Below, one piece after another: positions 1 to 12,800 of a stretch of DNA of 64,000 nt (position 1 is its first letter; each line of letters starts with the position of its first letter). This stretch comes from Octopus sinensis (Eukaryota): positions 18,414,001 through 18,478,000 of the forward strand of contig NC_043008.1 of NCBI RefSeq assembly GCF_006345805.1, in the 5' to 3' direction. The notes under the pieces are model-generated. The model had not been told where the DNA came from. It saw only the letters and a list, made by a program, of their open reading frames with translations, and did not search any database. The translations under genes were made by a program, and so were the position numbers.

Positions 1-121
1 TAGCGTAAATCTTTTTGTATTTATTTGGAAACAGAATAGCATTTGTTTCGTCATTAATATTCTTCTCTTCCTCTTATTATTCCTATTTATTACAAGCTCT
101 CCTCTCTCTCTCCATCTCTGC

Positions 122-270
<149 letters not shown>

Positions 271-1267
271 GTCTGTCTCTTTCTATCTCTAAATATACAT
301 TACATACTAATATAAACACGATGTTTATATTAAATGGAATGATGTATTTCATTTTGCTATTCGCCGCTATCAACAGCGCTTCATTTCTTAATATATATCA
401 CGTTGCCACCTTCCTTCAACTAGTTCAGATTACTAGTCAAGGTAAATACTACCACTAGTTACCAATAGTTAATTTGATTTGATACTCTCTCTCAAATAAT
501 CTATTATGCATACATACGTATACCAACATATTTATGCATATTTACATATATATTTATATGCATATATATGTGCATAGTTACACATACATCGAAACAAACA
601 CACACACATATATATATTATATATCCATATGTATATATGCATGTGTGTAGTAATCGTGTGTTTCATTTATAGATCGCATAATGTGTCATTAAACATCCTT
701 TATCCATATTAAGTTTACTTAAATCATTAGATACTGTAACGTCGCAGTCACTGATGTTTCAATTTCACTTAACATTCAGCCTACAGTGTCAGTCTTGTCA
801 ATTACGTATATTTACACCGAGTATTGAGATTTCACCTCCTGCCGCAGTTGTTAACTTAAATCTTGCTACTAAATTGATGTAAACCATTCGGCATAGTGCT
901 TATCAAACAATACTGGCTTAACAACGGACACGCGTGCTTACAAACACACATGCATACACAGCAAACAGACACATATGCTTATATGTATACGTGCATGTAT
1001 ATGAATATATTGCATTACAGAGAAATAGTGGGAGAAGGTGTCAGGTCATGCCACGGCCTTCAAAATTTTTATGGAAGCGTAAGGATCTCGTGGATCTACT
1101 TCTCTTCGGGTCTGACTTCAAATGATATCTTCCGAAAAGAGAGAAAGAGAGAGACAGACAGACAAACAGAGAGAGAGAACGTTAGAGAAAATGAAGAATC
1201 TATCGTAGTACAGGATTAAGCCGTCTTCTAAAATTACTGGTTTTGTGCCTCAATTTGCAACCAATTG

Positions 1268-1530
1268 CGCCAAGCTGGCAGAATCGCTAGTGCGTAGGTC
1301 AACATGAGACGTAGCATTTCTTCCGGCTCTTTAACGTTCTGAGTTCAAATCACGCTGAGGTCAACTTTGCTTTTTATCATTTGGAAGCCGAAACATAACA
1401 TAGCAGTTATGTGTTTACGCCCCCGTCACTCAGAGGTTCGGCAAAAGAGACCGATAGAATAAGTACTAGGAGGATTTTCTCGACGAAAGACGGTGCTCCA
1501 GCATGGTCGCAGTCAAATGACTGAAACAAA
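1268..1530 (+). mobile_element. Degenerate SINE A 5' part joined to a SINE D 3' part
   Basis: aagctggcagaatcgctag...gttctgagttcaaat...gaggtcaactttgc, then ggttcggcaaaagagaccgatagaataagtac...gcagtcaaatgactgaaac as in 47250-47640. Confidence 0.7.
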
Positions 1531-1899
1531 TAGAGGTGGGGGACATTTTCTATATCTTATGACACTGAAAGACAACAAATTGTGGAAATTATTGTATGGC
1601 TGAGAAAATTTCTTGGCAACGAGGTGGGTTTCATCCAATAGCGTGGCACCTTAAAAAAATACTCTAGTAAAGGGAGTCTCGTCAATAATCCATCATATAC
1701 ACATATATACATGAGACTGCTGGCCAGAAGTAGAACGACAGGATTGATAATATCCAAGCGAAATTAGTGGTTTCGATTTGATCGAATCCAAATTTACCAA
1801 AATCAAAAATGCACATTTAGACATGCGCAGGCATAGATTAATACATACATATGTGAGTATGTACTTATGTGAATGTATCAATATACATACGTATCTGCA

Positions 1900-1937
<38 letters not shown>

Positions 1938-2420
1938 AATATGATCAAGCCCTTTTAGAAATTGCGGTTATATCCCTTTAACCTTTTGAATTAAAAATTT
2001 TGTAAATACTGATAGTTTAATTTGCTTTACAGCATATTGTGATCTAAATCATATGGCTGGAGGGGAAGTCGGGAGAGAATGGCAATAGTGCTTCAAAACG
2101 TATGTCTAACCCATTTAATGAAGGCGCTTCCAGTTCGGTCGCAGGAACTTGTCTAGATGAATACATCTTGTAAAAATCTCTGCACACCAGTATACATCTA
2201 CAATAATTGGCGGTGATATAGAACTGCATTGTTTAATGTGATTTTTGGTTTTAAAAGATTACACTGGAATTTGCTTGCTAGTTCTCTTCGATTATGCATC
2301 CATTTAATGTTTCTTTATATTGAACGGCGAATCATGCTCGCACTTTCCCCTCTCTCTTTCTCTCGTTCCACTCACTGTCTCTCTCTCCCTCTTTATATCT
2401 CCTCCTTTCCCTATGTCTAA

Positions 2421-2451
<31 letters not shown>

Positions 2452-2860
2452 TCTTTCTCTCTCTCTGAGGGAAAAAGAAATAGAGACACTTGGAAAGGAC
2501 ATGAAGAAACGTATATTTTCATTCAGAATAACATAGCACGTACACAGAGAAGAAAAAGAGTAGAAGGAACGAATCAACCAGGAAACTGCAAGAAACAAAA
2601 TACTTTCTTCATAATATATGTTACGTGAGATATGAAAAGGATAGATCTAGATATCATCAAATATAGGATTTTCGACCATACAAAATGAAGGAAAATATAT
2701 ATTGGAATGTAGAACGATTTATTGTCAATGATTGGCAAGGAATATGTATGATCGAAATACAATGAACTGTTTACTGATTTAAAGAAAATATTGATAACAC
2801 CAAAAACATGAAACACTAGGTTGAAGTCCACATATATGTGTGTATATGTGAGTGTGCGGC

Positions 2861-2893
<33 letters not shown>

Positions 2894-3551
2894 ATGTATG
2901 TATGTATTATGTATGTATGTATGTGTGTGTCTGTGTGTGTGGGTGTGTGTGTGTGTATATGTATGTGTGTACTTGTAGTTCATCGTTTCTGACGTGGCAC
3001 CTTCAGCAAGTGTCATGTACTAAAGTTTGTTAGTGGATTTAGTTGGCGGAAACCGAAAGAACCTCGTAGTATATGAAAGTGAATTGCATGTTTGACTAGC
3101 TTCTATATCCTATATTTAACCTCGACCAATATATTGATGTCCCATATATTACTATCCAATCGCCTACTTCATCCCTAACAAGTTCTTCGTTTAAGCCAGA
3201 AGAGACTGAGCTCCTTCGTTTGTGATTATTGTTCTTGTTAGCGGAAGTGCGCAGCTCATTTATATAGGCGTTCATAAATGAGTATTGAGAACAAAACTGG
3301 CCCAAGTATTGAGATGGTTTCATTGATGCTTCGATGGGTGATAAATACCATATTAAGGGCCTAATCACTGTTAGAAGTGGCTTTGATAGATTTTCCAGCC
3401 AGGTAATTTTGAAGCTGCTTGATCACTTCCCATTGAAAAATCATTTCACAAAGTGCCCCTCACAAATTATACTTTGGTCTGCGAGGGATGGTACATATCT
3501 TATGCGTCACTCTCAGATAGTTGCTTCAAAACTGTAAAATAAAAAAAAAAC

Positions 3552-3803
3552 AAATGCACTCTTTTTAAAGCCTAGCCAGGCTCATGGGCTCGGTCTCCCG
3601 GTTTCAGTGGCGTATGTGCTCCCTAGATGGATGGGACGCCAGTCCATTGCATCGTTACTCGTTTTTGCCAGCTGAGTGGACTGGAGCAACGTGAAATGAA
3701 GTGTTGTGCTCAAGAAGACAAGGCGTCGCCCGGTCCAGGAATCGAAACCACAATCTTACGATCATAATGCTGACACCCTAACAACTAAGCCACGCGCCTC
3801 CAC
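3552..3803 (-). mobile_element. tRNA-headed SINE, family B
   Basis: Minus strand has an A box (tggcttagttg), a B box (gtttcgattcc) and a cttgagcacaacac core; closely matches 27281-27524. Confidence 0.9.
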
Positions 3804-4125
3804 TTTCAAAACTATGCTGGAGAAATTATAGTCATATTGTTTCGACAAGTTAATAGCACAGTTGTTTTGCCAAAAACGGAATACCAGCTGGTGATAAGCT
3901 AATTGTGTAGCATAGAGTTTTGCCTTTTATGAGCAAATAGTGATTCATTTATGATATAGTTGGCGCTGAAAAATAATTAAGTCGATACTTTTATGGACCA
4001 GATGTAGAGTTTTATTATGTACAGGAATCAAATGAACGCTCTTCTACTGGTTTGGGAATTCATCACAAATGAATGACTCTGTGAAATAAACGACACCAGT
4101 AGCTGTGCAGATCTGACAAGATATT

Positions 4126-4543
4126 CTATTCTACTCTAGGCACAAGGCCCGAATTTTAGGGGGAGGAAGCCAGTCGATTAGATCCACTCCAGTGCGTCGG
4201 ATTAAGTCGATTATATCGACCCCAGTGCATAACTGGTACTTAAATTATCGACCACGAAAGGATGAAAGGCAAAGTCAACCTAGGCGGAACTTAAAGACAG
4301 AAGAAATACCTATTTCTTTACTACCCACAAGGGGCTACACACAGAGAGGACAAACAAGGACAGACAAATGAATTAAGTCGATTACATCGACCCCAGTGCG
4401 TTACTGGTACTTAATTTATCGACCCCGAAAGGATGAAAGGCAAAGTCGACCTCGGCGGAATTTGAACTCAGAACGTAACGGCAGACAAAATACCGCTAAG
4501 CATTTCGGCCGGCATGCTAACGTTTCTGCCAGCTCACCGCCTT
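4126..4543 (-). mobile_element. SINE A concatemer (head + alpha-tail unit + further units ending in beta tail)
   Basis: Repeated core tcgaccccagtgc..ctggtacttaatttatcgaccccgaaaggatgaaaggcaaagtcgacc; 17-bp TSD with 2 mismatches at 4109-4125 / 4544-4560. Confidence 0.9.
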
Positions 4544-5339
4544 AGATGTGGCAAGATATTGGCGGACATGTCATCAGGGAAATTGGATGTATCGGGCTGA
4601 GATCTCTAATGTTTTTTCTTCATATTACTACTGTTAAAAATAAACTCATTATAGTTGTGACATTTGTTTCATGGTCTACTCGTCTTATTCAGTCGATAGC
4701 AACATTTCCTTTGGATATCTTCTGAACTCAGGACCAAGCTAAATTATGTCATCTACTTTTAATGACCCATTTTTCTAATAAGGATGTTATTTATGGCTTT
4801 AAGAATCTTGAGTATCTTCTCAAAATCTACTTATGTAAAGATGCCAAGTGTTTTAAAGTGTTATTACCATTTAACCGAGACTTGTCTGGTAGTTTATTTT
4901 ATCGACAGTACAGGGATGATAGTCAATGATAATTCTTGGCAGGATTTGAACTCTGAACCTAAAGATCCACAAACAATAGTGTAAGATGTTTTGTCCAACA
5001 CTCTAACGACAGAACAAATATAACTGCTAAATATTTTATACCAGATACACTTCTGCTGATGATCATGTTCTTTAAATTACTTTCTTGCCTTATCACTTCT
5101 TGTTCTGCTGTAAATAATCTTTATCGCCATATTTACAAATAATGAACAAATAGATTTTCGTAAATATATAGAACAAATGTATATTTTCAACACTTTAGTT
5201 TTTTTTTTTTTTCGTTTCTCTGTTCAATCTAATTTTCTCTAACGGTACTCATTTTCTTTACTTTCTACAACAATTGCAATTCTTTCCTTCAAAGCCTTTC
5301 AATACTTTACACTGCCTCTTTGTATGAGATTGATTGCTA

Positions 5340-5515
5340 ACCTAGGTAGCAGATCAACAATTTGTTAAAGTTAGCGTAGACGATACAATCAACAGTCAAT
5401 GAGTGCAATACTGCTCTTGACCCTGATAGACAAAAGGCAAAGTTAAATACGGTAGGACTTGAACTCAGGTTATGAAAAAAATTTGCACCACCAATTCTGC
5501 TATTTGCCAGTCGCT
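5340..5515 (-). mobile_element. Highly decayed SINE A
   Basis: aaaggcaaagttaaat...ttgaactcagg...tttgccagtcgc resembles the minus-strand SINE A core and head. Confidence 0.5.
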
Positions 5516-5832
5516 TCATAAAATATTAATCCAGCTTCCCCAACTAATCCACTTCAACGTTATAGTTTAAATATTGTTTCAAAACCTTCATTCTTCGGTG
5601 TGAGTGGTGGGTGTTTTTGTAAATTGCCATTCCGGGATAATTGTTCTTTCGTATTCTGTTAATTCGGGTTGCCGAAATGAAGTAACTAATTATGATTATT
5701 GAAAATAAGGATGACCTGCAGAAAAAAATTGTATTTTTTCTTCGTTATATCTGACTTTTCGTGTTCTTTCATCTCTAATCCTATAGTTTTATGCTTGTGT
5801 TTCAGTACAAAATGACAATGAAACAAGAGATA

Positions 5833-6900
5833 ACTTTATTGGCCACACAGGTCTGAACACAGAGGGAACAAATACAAATGTAGAGCTTTTCTTTTCGAAA
5901 ATGAAAAACAAAGAGGGAAAAGAACAGAAAAAAGTAAAATTCCGATCAAAAGTGATTGGAAAAAAAGGCGATCAAAAGGGATCGTGTATCACAGAAGAAT
6001 TTCTTAAATGTAAAAAGCAAGATTAGGTTTATCTGTGGAAACAAAAGCCTACAGAATAGACCACGGTAACCTCAGGCATGGAGGGAATAAGCACATGAGA
6101 GCAAAGTGCTCTCTCACTATTTTTCGATTTACAGGAATATGCTCAAAGTGCTTCATCATACGCAAGCACCATCTTTGCTACATTTACCCACCTTTCTTTT
6201 AAACTTTCACAAGACAAAACCCCCCTCTCCATTCTCACCTTCCTTTTAGAGCTTATCCCGAACAGGTAATGCTTCTGGACAGTACTGCCAGGCCAGGGAT
6301 CTCTGGTGATTTTCCATAGGTCCCGGCCCGAAAGTTGTCCTAAACAGGTGGGTCAGGTGTTCATCGTTGACGCCCAGATTCTACCCGAGAACGTCGTCGC
6401 ACCTCCCCTCCACTAATCCTCTATAGAACACCTTTGTTGTTGTAATGGCGTCGCACAGGTTTGGTCCCGGACGGCAGAGTTGCTTGAGAGCAACGCGACA
6501 CTCGCGGTGCCATTCGACTAGCCTCGACCTCTGTTTCATCCACGACTGCAGTTCGGCCAATGAGATGAATGCGGAAAAACGCGCCGCACAAGCGTAGACC
6601 ACACCTGTTCAGCGTCGTCTATGAAGCGTCTGAGATGTCGCAGTCTCAGTGCATATCTGTGCATCATCAACCACGGCATGCCTAACCCTCCATATAGTGG
6701 GGGTTGACAGCAAATGGATCGCCTAACCATCGGAACGCTTCCCTTCCACATGAAGCAGAAGAGTATGTGTTCCAGTATGGTGATGGTAGGGTCAGGATAA
6801 GGCACGGTGGTCAGGGGGTAATTGATGACGGATGCGATGTACGCGTTCACCACCTCCGCCCGACGTTTTAAGAATAGCTTTCTCTCGGCCCATTGCCTTT
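5833..6900 (-). mobile_element. L1/Tx1-type non-LTR retrotransposon: 5'-truncated ORF2 C-terminus and 3' UTR (pseudogenised)
   Basis: Translates to QWAERKLFLKRRAEVVNAYIASVINY...FMWKGSVPMVRRSICCQPPLYGGLGMP and SLAWQYCPEALPVRDKL, matching post-RT motifs of L1/Tx1 ORF2; frameshifted; UTR ends ...cctgtgtggccaataaag. Confidence 0.85.
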
Positions 6901-6971
6901 ATCAAGTTATATGGAGTTATGTGTTTGATGTTTGCCTTCGAAACAAGAGATAGAATGAAACGATAGATAGA

Positions 6972-7007
<36 letters not shown>

Positions 7008-8859
7008 AAGAGAAACAGAGACAGACAGTCAGATGGAGGAGGGAGTGAGATTAAATGACGGTGCACCATAAGCCTTACAGCTATGTACTAATCAAGCTCT
7101 GATGGCTCATTATGAACCATCGACAACGTGAAAGATAATTCTTTATTTTTACCTACTCTAGACACTTTAATAGTAATGAACAGAGTAAAGGCAAGGAATA
7201 AACAAGAGGGAATATTCAGCGTTAGATTGTAGAATTAACTTGAAATGGGTGTGTACATTGGTGCTTTAACATAGCAAAAACAACATCAACGTCTTATACA
7301 AAAATGTCTCAAAGGTATCATTTTAAAGTCAGAATGTAGTTTTCTATGAATTAATCATTAAAAAGTAAATCTGTTTTCTCCGGTTCGAAGACAGTAAATC
7401 TGCCATTGTGTACAAAGTTCTGTTTCTAAGCGACGCTATTGTAAGACTGTACGTTGCTTTTATAAGTGAGCGTGACTAGCATTTAATCGAAAACGTCATT
7501 TTATTCTGAACCGAAGTGTATTTTGACTTTCGATTATAAAATAAAATGGACTTTTATTGATTTCATTGAGAACAGATGAGATTATGTGAAGGTGATAAAG
7601 GGTCTTTCGATTCGAATAGGCATTAGATAATCTATTGCAACCATAATGGATATTTATATTTAGAACAGACAGCAATTTGGTGAGAAACAAAGCAAATAAT
7701 ATCATACGAGAATATTTTTATAATTTATATGTCGATTCATGGATATAAGTGATTATACACACATACACACAAATTTATACGCACACACACACACGCATAT
7801 ATATATATATATATTATATATATATATAGAATCATATACACATATATAGGAATATATGTATACATACACACACACATATATAAATACATGTGTGTGTGCT
7901 TCCGTGTGTTTATGTATATATTTAAGTATGTATATGTATATGTATATATCTGTGTGTGTGTGTTTGTGGTTGTGTATGTAACTGGTCAAATGCGTGCGGG
8001 TTTCTTTCTTATAATGAAGATAAATATGTGGACAAACACGTGCTGTGTATTGTCATCAAGGAAATTGCTAAAATATCTTTAGTCGGCCGTTGCAGTGGCC
8101 GGATTATTTCTACTTTACCTGTAGACTAATGAAAGTATAAAATCTGGTTGCAGAACGATACGATACCATGCAGCGATAATTACTTAAACGTTTTACTGAA
8201 GCTAAACTGGCTTAATTTAATTTCCCCGCAAAAGGAATAAATCAACATACAGAATCTGCCTCTCATAAAGGAATGGCTTTAATGACAATTGACAGGAAGA
8301 TAACCCACCCAGACGTTTAAAGAGTCAAATTGCATTAAGCCACGATTTTTGTTGAATTACTTCGAGACGGATTATATTTATTTATGTCCTAAGCAACGCC
8401 ATGCAGAGACTTTGTCCGTATTCCGATTTCCACAAAGTGAAGGTTTGAAATCTATTATCGTTGATGCATTTTGTCAATGAGAAGATATACGGCTCTTATT
8501 TTTATTTTCAGTTCATGAGAATGGAAATATGTTACAAAATCTTTCGAAATAAATCACTGCTAAATGCAACGATAGAACATTTGGAAATGACGAATTATAC
8601 TTTAGTGTCTTAAAGAGAAATGGAGACAATGTAATCCGAGACATACAGGGATCGAGAAACTAAAGTGATGGCCACGATTAGAATGCACATAGTCGTTAGA
8701 CTACGAATGTCTTATTTGTATATTTAAATAAAGTGCAATTTTAATTGGGTGAAAAAATATATATGTAAAGGAAGTTCTTAAGAAGAACATCGAGGATTTT
8801 TCGAGGATTTTTCCCTTAGGTTGTTTAAATAAAATATTAGTAATACGTAGTAGATAGAA

Positions 8860-9020
8860 GGATCCACTGGATAAAGCTTATTATTGATTTTTTTTTCAAC
8901 AATCTAAGTACGCCACGGGGTTTCCAGACACGAGTTCTATTCACGTGTCAAGTTTCATCGAAATTAATAAAGCGATTTAGGAGGAGTTAGTTAATAACAC
9001 CACAAATACACACCGATTTT
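8860..9020 (+). mobile_element. Possible 3' end of a non-autonomous Helitron-like element
   Basis: aagtttcatcgaaat...tttaggaggagttag...acaccacaaatacac resembles HINE/DINE-like 3' ends. Confidence 0.35.
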
Positions 9021-9419
9021 CCACCCACATATGTAGTGTGTATATATATATATATATATATATACGCACGCTCAGAGAGATCGTTCATGTCAGTAACTCT
9101 TAAACAACGTAGAAATTTCGCAGGTAAGATGGTACTGAAATGAATGGAGAAATTTGAAGGACTATTTGGTTCAATATCAAAACATCTCACATGCTTACAG
9201 ACAATGTGGATTTGATTCCCAAAGGTAGCCTTTTGGATTTTGCCTTCCAGGGCCTTTTTAAAACCCAATGTTTGCTTCCTATTATTTATTGCCTTATATA
9301 GTTTGAGTTCTGCCGTCATAAACGATTCAAATACATATGTATAATCACAGACAGAGATAGATATATTTTGCGAACTCAGTGTTCGAATGTAAAGGAAATC
9401 TATCTTACAATATCATAAT

Positions 9420-9600
9420 CGTGTTCCGAAGGGATCGGTCTTTTGTCAACTCTTCTCATTCAGTACATCAATGACTTTATTGCTACTCCATCCAATAACG
9501 CCTACGCTTATGTAGATGACACGAAACTACATTCTTTGCTAACTTTCTTCACTCATGCTCCATTCGTACGCAACCATCTACTGCCGTTCAAGAATTTGGA
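9420..9600 (+). mobile_element. CR1/L2/Jockey-group RT remnant (catalytic-motif region)
   Basis: VPKGSV at 9423, then LLIQYINDF...AYVDDTKLH with YVDD at 9509-9520. Confidence 0.8.
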
Positions 9601-10087
9601 CCTCGAGATCTCCATTTCCAACGACTTCGAGGGCCACCTCCCAGTGGTGTCGTTCGTCAACGTAGAGCCCTCGACAACAACAAGACGAGCAAAGTTTTTT
9701 TCCAGGGTATGGGGGTCTCCCGCCCTTAAGTCCTAGACCATCACCTAATCACCCTTACCCGTCTTGTTGCTTAACAACAAAAACAACCATCTACACAACA
9801 CGCTCTAATCCTGCAGTGCAACAGGAATGGAAACTTTGACATCGTACTTGAAAGGAGTGATTGCATTCATATCTATTTTCGCAATAAAAATCATTAGTGT
9901 CTACTCGTATCAAGAAAACCCCTCACCAACAACTCATGCTGAACATGAACAGCTCTTAGCCTGAGCCATCAGACTGACTCCAAATGCATTATCATCTAAA
10001 ATTTCTTCGGGCAAAAGTATATCCTTGCATTTGCAAGCAATGATTTACATTACACTGAAAGCAACTACTCTGACCAAAACCCACAAT

Positions 10088-10420
10088 CGTAGAATTGCTC
10101 TTACTTCTAACACCTGTAAGCTCATGGAGGCTGTCATCTAGCAACTTCAGTCATCCTCTCTTCAGTGACCACCACTACGGCTTCCACTGAAGAACTAAAA
10201 TCTTATATCACTTGTAGGTTCTCTCTTTAGAAGAACTCGTTGAAAGCAATGTAACCACTCTACTTATGTGTAAAGCAGTCGACCGCATCCGGCGAGCAAA
10301 TCTCATATCAGCCTCTAACTATCACTTAACGTTTGGATCGGTAGCTTCCTATCAAACAACATCATTACGACCTGTTTATTAACGGTGTTCTTTCTGTCAC
10401 ACTGTCTGTGTCCCCGTCAG
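10088..10420 (+). mobile_element. CR1/L2/Jockey-group RT remnant (N-terminal RT motifs)
   Basis: RRIALTSNTCKLMEAVI; SDHHYGFH; KAVDRIRRANLIS; WIGSFLSN; INGVLS, with stops and frameshifts. Confidence 0.75.
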
Positions 10421-11097
10421 TTACTCACCAATTCTCACTGAATTCCATATTTTTCGAGTTTGTTATGAAGCGTGTATTCTCATAGTTTATATTTGTATTA
10501 TATAATGCAGTTTCAGAAATATTTATTTAATTCATAGTGGTGACTTGAGGGATATTAGGTAAATAGTGCAGCATTATCGAGATATGTATGGCATTTGAAA
10601 TAAAATAACAATGTGTTGACTATTTCGAAGGCAAACATCAAACACATAACTCCAAATAACTTGATAAAGGCAATGAAATACATATGGCAGAGAAGTACAA
10701 ACGATTAACGAAAAGTAACACTTCCAAATAGAAAAGCGGTAATATCTAAGAGCCGTTCCTGAAACAAATTATATTTCGAATATCACAACAGCAACATGAA
10801 CTATCCTTCGTTTAATGCTCGTAAACTTGAGAATAAACTGGAAACTAACAAGCTCATCGTGCTGTTGTGTGCCTACTATAATTACGTTATATAGTCATTT
10901 TATACCGTTTTACTGTAGCCTCTGCGGAAACAAACTTTGTACAATACAAAAGTAAACATCTATATTGCACATATACACTCATATATATGTAATACTTATG
11001 ACATATATATACATATAATACGAATATATATGTATAAATATCTGTGCGTGAGAGAGTAAATGTATATAATATATACGTGAGAGAGTAAATGTATATA

Positions 11098-11143
<46 letters not shown>

Positions 11144-11150
11144 TGTGTGT

Positions 11151-11469
11151 GTGAAGGCGCATGGCTCAGTGGTTAAAGCGTCGGGCTTACGATCGTGAGG
11201 TTGTGAGTTCGAAACCCGGGGCGGGCCGCGTAATGTGTTCTTGAGCAAGACACTTTATTTTACGTTGCTCCACTTCACTCTGCGACGTCACAGATGCGAA
11301 GATGTATCGGCCTTTGCCTTTCCCTTGGATAACATCGGTGGCGTGGAGATGGTGGGAGGCTGGTATGCATGGGCGATTTCTAGTCTTCTATTAAACAACC
11401 TTGCCCGGACTTGTGCCTTAGAGGGTAGCTTTCTAGGTGCTATCCCATGGTCAGTCATTACCGAAGGGG

Positions 11470-11472
<3 letters not shown>
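11151..11472 (+). mobile_element. tRNA-headed SINE, family C
   Basis: A box tggctcagtgg, B box gttcgaaac, core gttcttgagcaagacactttattttacgttgctcc; related to 58090-58290. Confidence 0.88.
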
Positions 11473-11515
<43 letters not shown>

Positions 11516-11536
11516 TATATATATATATACACACAC

Positions 11537-11605
<69 letters not shown>

Positions 11606-11625
11606 TACACATACAAACATACATA
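11473..11625. repeat. Compound (TA)n/(CA)n microsatellite
   Basis: Direct inspection. Confidence 0.95.
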
Positions 11626-12238
11626 TCCATATATTAATATGTACATTAATACATACGTACACACATCATATATATGTATGTATGTATATTTCATATGTAT
11701 TTGTATATACAATGAACTATGCATAACTGAGAGATATTATTACAAATATCTGCATGTTTAAAGAAAAATTTAGTAGCGATTGCACCTTGTGAGTCGCAAT
11801 AAAATACCTGAGAATAAAAAAAACTATGACAATATGTATGAGAAAGGAAATAAAATACCAAAGAAAGATTTGTATAATTTGGGGAGAAATTACGCATAAT
11901 AAGAGAAAATATTACATAAAACTATGTGAACATTGCATACGTTGAGAACAGGTAATAAGAAATATATACTAAGAAATTATGTGTAAATAACCGGTTAGTA
12001 GATCATTGTACATCATTGTACATCATTTTATGTGTTGAATTTGTTGTTATTTGAGAAACTTCAAAAGAAAATTTACATATATTACGAGATGTAATATTGT
12101 ATATAAGTAAATTACTGCTGATACAAATAAATAAACAGAATTAGTATAGATCAAATGGAGGAAGAAATCATGGCTTCGATTTTGTAGTGTCGTAGGAATC
12201 ATGTGTATTTGTGAGCGCGTATTTGTGTGTGTGTGTGT

Positions 12239-12284
<46 letters not shown>

Positions 12285-12444
12285 TGTGTCTACAAAAAAC
12301 TTTTACATTTTTGGTATATTATTTGTTTAATACTTCACTGTTCCATTCCTTTCGTTAAATGGACCGCGCTGGTCACGTATTTGAAATGATGTTTACATAT
12401 TGGTTTTCAACTTTGCAACAGCACCAGTAATTTGTGGGATGGGT

Positions 12445-12800
12445 GGTGCTAAGTCGATTATATCGCCACTAGTACGCAGCTGGTATGTGGTACTAATTCA
12501 AGGCAGCGAGCTGGCAGAATCGTTAGCACGCCGGGCGAAATGCTGAGGCATTTCGTCTGCCGATACGCTCTGAATTCAAAATTCCGCCGAGGTCGACTTT
12601 GCCTTTCGGGGTCGATTAAATAAGTACCAGTAACACACTGGGGTCAATATAATCGACTTAATCCTTTTGTCTGTCCTTGTTTGTCTCCTCTGTGTTTAGT
12701 CATTTGTGGGTAGTAAAGAAATAGGTATGTGGTACAAATTTTATTGATCTCGAAAGGATAAAAGGCAAAGTCGACCTTGGCGGAATTTGAAATCAGAAAT
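12445..12800 (-). mobile_element. Partial SINE A split by a younger SINE A insertion
   Basis: ctaagtcgattatatcgcc...gctggtat | ...ttattgatctcgaaaggataaaaggcaaagtcgaccttggcggaatttgaa. Confidence 0.75.
12500..12723 (+). mobile_element. SINE A monomer with alpha tail, nested
   Basis: Full head, core and tail; ggtatgtggtac duplicated at 12482-12493 and 12724-12735. Confidence 0.9.

Noticed and set aside
3096-3368. 90-aa non-repetitive minus-strand ORF (...KRRSSVSSGLNEELVRDEVGDW...)
   Set aside because: No recognisable domain and no convincing splice sites; this length is expected by chance.
8500-8615. Strong acceptor-like tttttattttcag followed by 33 open codons; similar acceptor-like sites near 30215 (+) and 59140 (-)
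   Set aside because: No matching donor, no recognisable product, and stops soon after; RNA evidence would be needed.
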